A stretch of DNA of 25,148 bases from a virus (taxonomy: Duplodnaviria; Caudoviricetes). The position numbers and the translations under genes were made by a program. The stretch's first letter is position 1, and each line of letters begins with the position of its first letter. The notes beneath the pieces were generated by a model. It was not told where the DNA came from. It did no database searches and worked only from the letters and a program-made list of their open reading frames with translations. Location of the stretch: positions 1 through 25,148 of IMG/VR virus record IMGVR_UViG_3300032245_000717; one strand, written 5' to 3'. Positions 1 through 6,811 of this stretch are shown here, piece by piece.

Positions 1-1
1 C

Positions 2-1198
2 TTTACAGCAACTTCATCACCTGGTGGATTTACTGGAAGCGGAGCTGAGTCACCAGTTACTGTACCAGGGTTACAGTCAGGAGTTTCATATACATTTACT
101 GTAACTGCAACTAATAGCTACGGAACTTCAGACCCATCAGCAGCATCAAATTCAGTTACTACTACAACAAAACCAGCTATTATGTCAGCCCCAACTGCAA
201 CAGCTCAAACAAATCAAGATTATGTTGAGTGGACAGCACCAAATAATGGTGGATCAGCAATAACTGGATATGTATTAACATCTTCTGATGGCCCAACCTA
301 TACAACAACAGCATTAAATTATACTGTTCCAGAAACAGCAAATACATCACAGACTTATAGAGTTCAAGCAGTCAACGCAAACGGTACGGCAGACTATTCT
401 GGCAACTCTAATCAAGTTACAACACTAGCACCGTTCTTCCCACCATTCTTCCCTCCAAGCTTCTTCGCCCCACCAGGGTTCTTCGCCCCACCAGGGTTCT
501 TCGCACCTCCAAGCTTCTTCGCCCCACCAGGGTTCTTTGCACCTCCAGGGTTCTTCGCCCCACCAGGGTTCTTCGCCCCACCAGGGTTCTTCGCACCTCC
601 AAGCTTCTTCGCCCCACCAGGGTTCTTCGCCCCACCAGGGTTCTTCGCCCCACCAGGGTTCTTTGCACCTCCAGGGTTCTTTTCACCACCAAGATTTCGG
701 GCATGTATTGACCAAGATACTTTAGTTGCAACTATGGACGGAGAATTCATAGTTTATGTACCAGCCAAGGATATTAAAATTGGAGATACTGTAGCTGGAG
801 TTACATGGACAGAATTAACATCTGAATCAGAACAAGATCCATTTACTTGGTCTACCACTGCTTTAACTGAAATGACAGTTGTTCCAACATCAATCAGAGG
901 AATAATTGAATCAGTAAAAGATATAACAATGTATTTCAACGGAGATACTACAAAGAGATTCTCTCTTGAGCAGACAGTGCTTGCAAAAAGAGATGACAAG
1001 TATATGTTCATGACAACAGGAACAGTACAAGTTGGAGACATTCTTGTAGAAAAGGTTGAAAACCAAGGCTTTATAGAGGTACCAGTCACAGCAGTAGACA
1101 CAATTGATGAAACAAGAAATGTTTATCAGCTAGATGCAGACCCAGTAGACGTATTGCTTGCAGGCAATATTGTAGTACACAACTACAAGATATTCTAA
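2..1198 (+). CDS. 5'-truncated fibronectin type III domain protein with a C-terminal (FFAPPG)n repeat and Hint/intein-like domain; probable virion surface protein
   Basis: The frame is open from position 2 (FTATSSPGG...VPGLQSGVSYTFTVTATNSYGTS), so the ATG at 182 is probably internal. FN3 signatures are GLQSGVSYTFTVTATN and WTAPNNGGSAITGY...YRVQAVNANG. These are followed by the repeat and CIDQDT...VVHN. Confidence 0.85.
   Translation, partial: FTATSSPGGFTGSGAESPVTVPGLQSGVSYTFTVTATNSYGTSDPSAASNSVTTTTKPAIMSAPTATAQTNQDYVEWTAPNNGGSAITGYVLTSSDGPTYTTTALNYTVPETANTSQTYRVQAVNANGTADYSGNSNQVTTLAPFFPPFFPPSFFAPPGFFAPPGFFAPPSFFAPPGFFAPPGFFAPPGFFAPPGFFAPPSFFAPPGFFAPPGFFAPPGFFAPPGFFSPPRFRACIDQDTLVATMDGEFIVYVPAKDIKIGDTVAGVTWTELTSESEQDPFTWSTTALTEMTVVPTSIRGIIESVKDITMYFNGDTTKRFSLEQTVLAKRDDKYMFMTTGTVQVGDILVEKVENQGFIEVPVTAVDTIDETRNVYQLDADPVDVLLAGNIVVHNYKIF
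434..694 (+). repeat. Coding 18-bp tandem repeat: 12 x FFAPP[G/S] plus FFSPPR (461-694), preceded by FFPP-FFPPS
   Basis: Units read directly: ttcttcgccccaccaggg, ttcttcgcacctccaagc and ttctttgcacctccaggg. Confidence 0.98.
704..1183 (+). other. Hint (intein-like/BIL-type) autoprocessing domain, 160 aa
   Basis: It starts with Cys (CIDQDTLVAT, block A-like), contains AKDIKIGDTV and VQVGDILV, and ends in VYQLD...LLAGNIVVHN (block F/G-like). Only YKIF-stop follows. Confidence 0.85.
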
Positions 1199-1213
1199 GA
1201 AAATACTTGAAGA

Positions 1214-1921
1214 TTGTCTATCTATCATCTACATATACCTAGGACGTCTGGCGCATATATTAGAAATAATATATTACCTGACCTGATATCTAAAGATATA
1301 GAACACTTTGCCTCTAATAGAAGCATAATTGATGTTGATCAAATATCAAGAAGTAAACTTGTAATAGGACACTTTGGGAGAATGCCATTGAAATATATGG
1401 ATTCCCCCAAAGTTTTCTGTTTACTTAGAGATCCCGTGGAAAGATATATAAGCTATTTTAAATATACTACTGGTTTTGTGACGGGTCAAGAAAAGGCAGA
1501 AGAGAACCTTGAGCAGTGGCTGTATAAAGATCAGTCTAAAGTTCAGGGGAACCTACAGTCAAAATTTTTAACTGGATCAACTGATGTTAGCCTATTTAAT
1601 AGCTACATAAAAGACTCTCAAGATCCATTTATAGATAACCTATGGCACCTACAAGACTATTCTTTAGATATTGATAAGATAAAAGAGTCAATGTCTGAAA
1701 TGAATGTGTACACTATGGAAAACTATGATAAGTTTAAGTTTGATTTTAGCGAAGAGATTAAAAAGCAGTTTGGGTTCAATGCGTTTAAACACTCAGACAA
1801 AGCCAACGAATCCCCAGCAGTTAGAGTTGAAATAAATGAATCACACAAAAAGATAATTAAAGATTTAAACCAAGTAGATTGCGAGATATACGACTATGTA
1901 CGAAAAACTGAAAAAAGATAG
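1214..1921 (+). CDS. PAPS-dependent sulfotransferase (Sulfotransfer_2-like)
   Basis: N-terminal HLHIPRTSG (5'-PSB loop), LLRDPVERYISYFKY (3'-PB motif) and a C-terminal LNQVDCEIYDY helix. TTG start. Confidence 0.8.
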   Translation: MSIYHLHIPRTSGAYIRNNILPDLISKDIEHFASNRSIIDVDQISRSKLVIGHFGRMPLKYMDSPKVFCLLRDPVERYISYFKYTTGFVTGQEKAEENLEQWLYKDQSKVQGNLQSKFLTGSTDVSLFNSYIKDSQDPFIDNLWHLQDYSLDIDKIKESMSEMNVYTMENYDKFKFDFSEEIKKQFGFNAFKHSDKANESPAVRVEINESHKKIIKDLNQVDCEIYDYVRKTEKR

Positions 1922-2486
1922 CACATGGACAATAATAGAAAGATCAGCATTTGAAATAGATCAGATTAAAAAAGAATTTTTGTCTTACGATGAAGAATGG
2001 TTTTTGGACACATCCAGACAAGAAAGAACATATAGCCATACAAATACACAATGCTATTCAATACTTGAGTGGTCATACACTTGGGAGCCAAGCCAAAAGC
2101 CAGAATCTATAAAAAAGTATAGTTTAAAAACATCAGAGGCCCAGGCACAGCTAGATAAAATATGTAAAGATTTAGAAGACTTTTACAGCGGAAAAGTAAT
2201 GAGATTAGAATTTATTAAGCTTTTGCCATATAGGAATATAAATAAGCATGTTGATGGCGGATCATCTCTAGGATACGCAAGAAGGTGCCATATACCAATT
2301 ATAACAAATGAAAAAGTTTTATTTAATGTTAAAGACAATTCCATGAATATGAAAGAAGGAATTTGTTATGAAATTAATAACGTTTTACTACACTCTGTTG
2401 AGAACCCCACCTCACTAGATCGAGTCCATTTAATTATTGACATCCTGCCAGACAGCATGTTACAATATAACAAAACAGGAGAATAA
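1896..2486 (+). CDS. Aspartyl/asparaginyl beta-hydroxylase-like 2OG-Fe(II) oxygenase
   Basis: IKLLPYRNINKHVD (HxD), RCHIPIITN, YEINNVLLHSVEN (distal His) and DRVHLIID match the Asp_Arg_Hydrox-like pattern. Confidence 0.78.
   Translation: MYEKLKKDSTWTIIERSAFEIDQIKKEFLSYDEEWFLDTSRQERTYSHTNTQCYSILEWSYTWEPSQKPESIKKYSLKTSEAQAQLDKICKDLEDFYSGKVMRLEFIKLLPYRNINKHVDGGSSLGYARRCHIPIITNEKVLFNVKDNSMNMKEGICYEINNVLLHSVENPTSLDRVHLIIDILPDSMLQYNKTGE
2437..2466 (+). promoter_or_regulatory. Sigma70/SigA-like promoter inside the 3' end of the preceding gene
   Basis: TTGACA (2437-2442), 18 bp spacer, TGtTACAAT (-10 at 2461-2466). AGGAG at 2477-2481 precedes ATG 2487. Confidence 0.65.
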
Positions 2487-3173
2487 ATGACTATAAGTAT
2501 TGAACCTAATTGGTCTTCAAAAGAGATGCTATTCCCAGGACTATGGGTTTATAGAAATGTTATGCCACAAAGCATCATGGACAGGACAAAAACCTTTATC
2601 GATTCAAATCAAGAAGACTATAGCTGGGCAGACGCAACAGTTGGTTATGCAGAAACAAAGTTAGACTATAGAGACTGTCAAGATTTTAAAATTGGAGAAA
2701 TAAAAAACCCAAAGAATATACAAGAGTTTACACTATCAGAAATATGGGAAAGCGCATACGCAGCACAAATTCCCGCCGTTGAGGATTACTGCGGTAAATA
2801 TAATGTAAGAATGAATTACTGGGAAGTTATGAATTTTATTCAATATGGACCTGGCCAACACTTTAAAGAACACGCAGATCACGGATTCTCCTATAGCGCC
2901 ACAGTTTCTTTAGTTGCATATCCAAATGATAATTATGAAGGCGGAGAACTTACTTTTCCAAAACTAGATATTTCTATTAAGCCACAAGCTGGAGACCTAT
3001 ACGTATTCCCATCAACATATCTATTCTCACACATAGCAGAACCAGTAACATCTGGAAGAAAGTATTCTATTGTTACAATGTTAGATTATAATGATCATGC
3101 ACATTGCCAAGAGTTTATGCAAATGAGAGCAGAAAGAGTTGAACGTGAAAAACATAAAGGTATACAAGACTAG
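2487..3173 (+). CDS. Prolyl-4-hydroxylase-like 2OG-Fe(II) oxygenase
   Basis: YGPGQHFKEHAD (HxD), YPNDNYEGGELTFP, KPQAGDLYVFPS and SHIAEPVTSGRKYS (His; Lys at the 2OG-binding position). Confidence 0.88.
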   Translation: MTISIEPNWSSKEMLFPGLWVYRNVMPQSIMDRTKTFIDSNQEDYSWADATVGYAETKLDYRDCQDFKIGEIKNPKNIQEFTLSEIWESAYAAQIPAVEDYCGKYNVRMNYWEVMNFIQYGPGQHFKEHADHGFSYSATVSLVAYPNDNYEGGELTFPKLDISIKPQAGDLYVFPSTYLFSHIAEPVTSGRKYSIVTMLDYNDHAHCQEFMQMRAERVEREKHKGIQD

Positions 3174-3843
3174 AGAAGGTTTTGGACGGGTATCACCACT
3201 GACAGCAAAAAGGTCATGGATGGATGAGACTTATAAAGCACATGCTTATAAATGTTTCCCAGTTAGCCTAACAAATCAGCTTGGCTGGGGAATATCTTTC
3301 CCAGAAGATATTTCTTTTATTTGGGACGGCGTATCAGACTCAACTTCAGAACATGTTAAAATTTTATCTGGAGAAAAATATGTCTATTCAGAGCGTGGTA
3401 ATGCAACTATAAGCTTTAACACAGGACTCATGTTCGTAACAGAAAAAAATGAAACACTGCTCTCTATGCCAGTGCCAAATCAATTTCTAGACGGTGCTGT
3501 TCCATTTACAACGCTTTTATCAACATCATTCTTTAGAGGCGACCTACCAGTTGCCTGGAGGATAACAAAGCCTAATGTTGAAATAACAATTAAGGCAAAT
3601 ACACCAATAATATCTATAGTCCCAATAAATTTAGATGAACTGCAAAATTCAGAAATGACTGAGCTTCCTATACACCAGGTTCCAAGATCAGAATTTTTAA
3701 CAAAAGAATATTCTGAAGCGGTAGCCAAAACAAATGCTGCTGGAGAATGGACTAATTTTTATCGAGATGCAACAGATGAAAAAGGCAAAAAGATTGGTGA
3801 ACACCAAATAAAAGCAATAAGACTAAAGGGTGGGACCGAATAA
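3139..3843 (+). CDS. DUF6065-like protein
   Basis: RSWMDETYKAHAYKCFPVSLTNQLGW resembles the DUF6065 N-terminal pattern, recalled from memory rather than searched. The start (TTG 3139) is uncertain. Confidence 0.6.
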   Translation: MNVKNIKVYKTREGFGRVSPLTAKRSWMDETYKAHAYKCFPVSLTNQLGWGISFPEDISFIWDGVSDSTSEHVKILSGEKYVYSERGNATISFNTGLMFVTEKNETLLSMPVPNQFLDGAVPFTTLLSTSFFRGDLPVAWRITKPNVEITIKANTPIISIVPINLDELQNSEMTELPIHQVPRSEFLTKEYSEAVAKTNAAGEWTNFYRDATDEKGKKIGEHQIKAIRLKGGTE

Positions 3844-3852
3844 AATGTTTAA

Positions 3853-3861
3853 TGGTAGAAT
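3853..3861 (+). promoter_or_regulatory. Extended -10 promoter element
   Basis: TGgTAGAAT lies in the 45-bp gap before ATG 3889, with an AAGGA Shine-Dalgarno-like sequence downstream. Confidence 0.5.
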
Positions 3862-3888
3862 AGATACTATACAGAATAAGGACTAAAA

Positions 3889-4566
3889 ATGAAGCCAGCA
3901 AATCAAGATATGAAATTACATGCCCCAAAGTCAATAACGCCATCTGGGTTTTTTGGTAAATCTTCAGATAATATTGTTGAGCTAGAAAACTTTTTAACCA
4001 CAGAAGAAAGAACTAGGTTAATTACATTTGCACTAAATAATAAAATATGGGATCACACAGAGACTCACGTAGATGAAGATGGTCTTGTTTTATATGATGC
4101 GGATATATGGAAAGACCGTGTGTGCACGTACTTTTCACTTATGGCCTCAGACCCAACAATATTAGAATTAATTAATAGCATGATTGCAAGATTAAAAATT
4201 GAAGTAGATAAATTTTTTAATGTTGATGCAAAAGAGACAGGTCCAGCAATTGTTAGGTGGCCAGTTGGAGCAAGACAAGAACCACACGCCGATAAAGAAT
4301 TCCATACTGGAATTGAAAAGGGAAGAGCAAACGATTTTCCTCATTATGATTTGGCTGGCTTATTTTATTTTAATGATGACTATGAAGGCGGAGAACTATA
4401 TTTCCCACAACACGGCATAGAGTTTAAGCCAAAAGCAGGAGCAGCTTATTTTTTCCCAGGTGATATGTATTACACACATGGGGTAAGACCAGTAAAATCT
4501 GGCAACCGATTTACATCTCCATTTTTTTGGACGATAATGAAACATACAGGAGAAAGACAACCATGA
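3889..4566 (+). CDS. Prolyl-hydroxylase-like 2OG-Fe(II) oxygenase
   Basis: LENFLTTEE, QEPHAD, YFNDDYEGGELYFP, KPKAGAAYFFPG and THGVRPVKSGNRFT. Confidence 0.88.
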   Translation: MKPANQDMKLHAPKSITPSGFFGKSSDNIVELENFLTTEERTRLITFALNNKIWDHTETHVDEDGLVLYDADIWKDRVCTYFSLMASDPTILELINSMIARLKIEVDKFFNVDAKETGPAIVRWPVGARQEPHADKEFHTGIEKGRANDFPHYDLAGLFYFNDDYEGGELYFPQHGIEFKPKAGAAYFFPGDMYYTHGVRPVKSGNRFTSPFFWTIMKHTGERQP

Positions 4567-5384
4567 GTGATTTAGAGTATATAGAATTATATCCAAAAGT
4601 AGATGTATATAGAAATGTTTTGGCTGACCCACAAAAACTATATCAAACAATGAAAAAGTCAGAGCAGTCTTCTGAAGGAAATTATTATCTAAAGAAATGG
4701 GATCCTTGGGCGCATTTTGGAACCTACACTCAAATAAAGGACTCGTCAGAAAGAAATGATGCAAATGAGGATCCAATGTTTATTGAAGAAAAAGATTTTG
4801 CAACCCAAGTACAGCAAGCATATGACTTGGTATTAAATGATTATATAAAAAGACATAATATAGAGTTAAAGCCAGGATGGCATTTTAGCGGATGCTCTTT
4901 TTCTAAATACTTTGATCAAGTTGATGTTCTAAATAATAAAATGACAATGCAGTACCACACAGACTTTATTATATCTGAAAGAGATATGCCTGGCTCTAAA
5001 TTCCAGATCACATGCACTATGTATATAAATGATGACTACCAAGGTGGAGATATCGAGTTTTTTGTTGATGGCAATTTAATTAATCACAAGCCACAAGCAG
5101 GCGATATATTAGTTTTCCCATCAGACCAGCCATACTTTCATGGAGTTAAAACAATTCACGGTGGAGAAAAGTTTTTTGTTAGAAACTTTGTCATGTACCC
5201 ATATGATGGACACCCAGACTGGATTGCAAAGCAAAAACAAATGGGTGCAGCCAACTGGATGAAAAAAGAATTTAAAAGATTAGAATACGATAATCCAAGA
5301 AATATGAAATACCTACAAAATGGTGTCCCTACAGAATATGATAATTTAACAGGGGATAAATCTGGACCAGAGAAGGGCATGTAA
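4563..5384 (+). CDS. Prolyl-hydroxylase-like 2OG-Fe(II) oxygenase
   Basis: MQYHTD, YINDDYQGGDIEF, KPQAGDILVFPS and FHGVKTIHGGEKFF. The start is moved from 4527 to ATG 4563, which gives an ATGA overlap with the upstream stop. Confidence 0.85.
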   Translation: MSDLEYIELYPKVDVYRNVLADPQKLYQTMKKSEQSSEGNYYLKKWDPWAHFGTYTQIKDSSERNDANEDPMFIEEKDFATQVQQAYDLVLNDYIKRHNIELKPGWHFSGCSFSKYFDQVDVLNNKMTMQYHTDFIISERDMPGSKFQITCTMYINDDYQGGDIEFFVDGNLINHKPQAGDILVFPSDQPYFHGVKTIHGGEKFFVRNFVMYPYDGHPDWIAKQKQMGAANWMKKEFKRLEYDNPRNMKYLQNGVPTEYDNLTGDKSGPEKGM

Positions 5385-6148
5385 TGAAACTAACTAAACT
5401 AGCAGACGACATACATCTTTATGAAGACTTTATATCTATAGATGAATGTAAAAAAATTATTAAGCTATTTGATGTAATGATAGAAAAGTACCCAGATTAC
5501 TGGAAGTCAATATCTTTTTATGAGTCATACTCTGGCATGTATCCAGAACCAAATGATCCAATGCTGGAAGAGGTTGGCCTTCCGCCAACTTTTTTTGCTG
5601 ATACAAGAGCTAGATTTAAACACGCAGCGGGGGTACTGGCAAACCAAGATACAGAAAAAATGTCAAGAATTAGTTTTCATATGCAAAGATGGCTACCAGG
5701 GGCATTTGCGCCAAAGCATTCTGATAACACTTCTAATGATGGAGTTTATGGTGCATTTACAAGAAGTAGGTATGCTGGATTCTTATACCTAAATGATGAT
5801 TTTGATGGAGGGCTTTTAAAGTTTTATGCAGACAATGAAAAAAATATTTTTGAAGTGACTCCAAAAGCAGGATCATTTTTAATTTTTCACGGTGGCCACA
5901 AGAACATGCATGAAGTTACACCAGTCCTAAATGCACCTAGATATACAATTGGTTCATTCTGGGATGATAGAGAAGAATCTGACTATCCACAAGAAGTTAG
6001 AGATGCTTGGGCAAAAGAATTAGCTGAAGTAAGAGCGATGCAAGCAGAGCAGGCAGTAGAGTGGACAGACGTTCGTAAGCAAGGGCTAAGGCTTACCCCC
6101 TACGGTGCACCAGTCCCAGCAGCAGAAGTTGGCGCAGAAGATGAGTGA
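5384..6148 (+). CDS. Prolyl-hydroxylase-like 2OG-Fe(II) oxygenase
   Basis: YEDFISIDEC, APKHSD, YLNDDFDGGLLKF, PKAGSFLIFHG and MHEVTPVLNAPRYT. TAATG coupling to the upstream gene. Confidence 0.88.
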   Translation: MKLTKLADDIHLYEDFISIDECKKIIKLFDVMIEKYPDYWKSISFYESYSGMYPEPNDPMLEEVGLPPTFFADTRARFKHAAGVLANQDTEKMSRISFHMQRWLPGAFAPKHSDNTSNDGVYGAFTRSRYAGFLYLNDDFDGGLLKFYADNEKNIFEVTPKAGSFLIFHGGHKNMHEVTPVLNAPRYTIGSFWDDREESDYPQEVRDAWAKELAEVRAMQAEQAVEWTDVRKQGLRLTPYGAPVPAAEVGAEDE

Positions 6149-6794
6149 AGATTCATTTAACCCAGAAGACATGTATCACATGTTTATTCCGCAGAGGCTT
6201 TCTCATCATATATGGTATTTTAAAAATGTTTTAAGTTATCCAAAAGAGCTATTAGAATTTATCAATGAAGTTGATAAAGATAGCAGAAGCCATGAAATTA
6301 TAACTGAATGGCATGACTGGACGGCAAGCGACAATAAGTCTTTTGTGTATGGCAAGAACAAAGTGATTTTAACAAACAACATTAAAACTAAGATTGACAA
6401 TGGAAGACTTGATCAAAAAATACTATATATTAAAAATAGTATTGAGATGGCTTTTGAGATGTGCCTGAATCAATACTTAGCATCACACGGATTGGACTCT
6501 AGCCATTATAATCTTATGACTTCAGAACTGCCAATTAGAAAATGGGTTGGTCCAGGAATGGGTCCACATTGCGATAGCTATGACGGAGATACAGACCTTG
6601 CATTCTCAATGATATCTTATTTGAACAATGGCTATAGCGGTGGAGAGATCGTCTTCCCAGACCATAACATTTCTATAAAACCAGAAGAGGGAAGCTTATT
6701 GATATTCCCAAGCCAGGAGCCTTACTTGCATAAGGTAAATGATATAGTTTCAGGAGAAAGGTATACCTGCCACTTATCAGTATATAAAAAGTAA
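6141..6794 (+). CDS. Prolyl-hydroxylase-like 2OG-Fe(II) oxygenase
   Basis: MGPHCD, YLNNGYSGGEIVFP, KPEEGSLLIFPS and LHKVNDIVSGERYT. The start is moved from 6105 to ATG 6141, which overlaps the upstream stop. Confidence 0.85.
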   Translation: MSEDSFNPEDMYHMFIPQRLSHHIWYFKNVLSYPKELLEFINEVDKDSRSHEIITEWHDWTASDNKSFVYGKNKVILTNNIKTKIDNGRLDQKILYIKNSIEMAFEMCLNQYLASHGLDSSHYNLMTSELPIRKWVGPGMGPHCDSYDGDTDLAFSMISYLNNGYSGGEIVFPDHNISIKPEEGSLLIFPSQEPYLHKVNDIVSGERYTCHLSVYKK

Positions 6795-6796
6795 AG

Positions 6797-6805
6797 TGGT
6801 ATAAT
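6797..6805 (+). promoter_or_regulatory. Extended -10 promoter, probably giving a leaderless transcript
   Basis: TGgTATAAT ends 6 nt before ATG 6812. No Shine-Dalgarno sequence is present. Confidence 0.65.
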
Positions 6806-6811
6806 TAAAAA

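Noticed and set aside
182-184. ATG 182 as the start of the first gene
   Set aside because: The frame is open to the window edge and encodes FN3 sequence upstream of this ATG.
434-694. Possible CRISPR array
   Set aside because: The units are head-to-tail with no unique spacers, lie in frame within a CDS, and no cas genes are present.
412-750. Repeat-containing alternative ORFs (GGAKNP repeats at 412-750 minus, RRTLVG repeats at 417-731 minus, HQGSSP repeats at 537-725 plus)
   Set aside because: These are shadows of the stop-free 18-bp repeat. The FFAPPG frame is continuous with recognisable FN3 and Hint domains.
704-1183. Classical mobile intein
   Set aside because: There is no homing endonuclease, no Cys/Ser/Thr at +1, and the C-extein would be only four residues. 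It is better treated as a BIL/Hedgehog-type Hint domain.
1214-6794. Reading the cluster as DNA hypermodification (TET/JBP, AlkB) or as generic metabolic auxiliary genes
   Set aside because: The motifs fit P4H-like and AspH-like protein hydroxylases, and the genes sit among virion genes with no nucleotide or replication genes nearby. This reading is disfavoured, not excluded.
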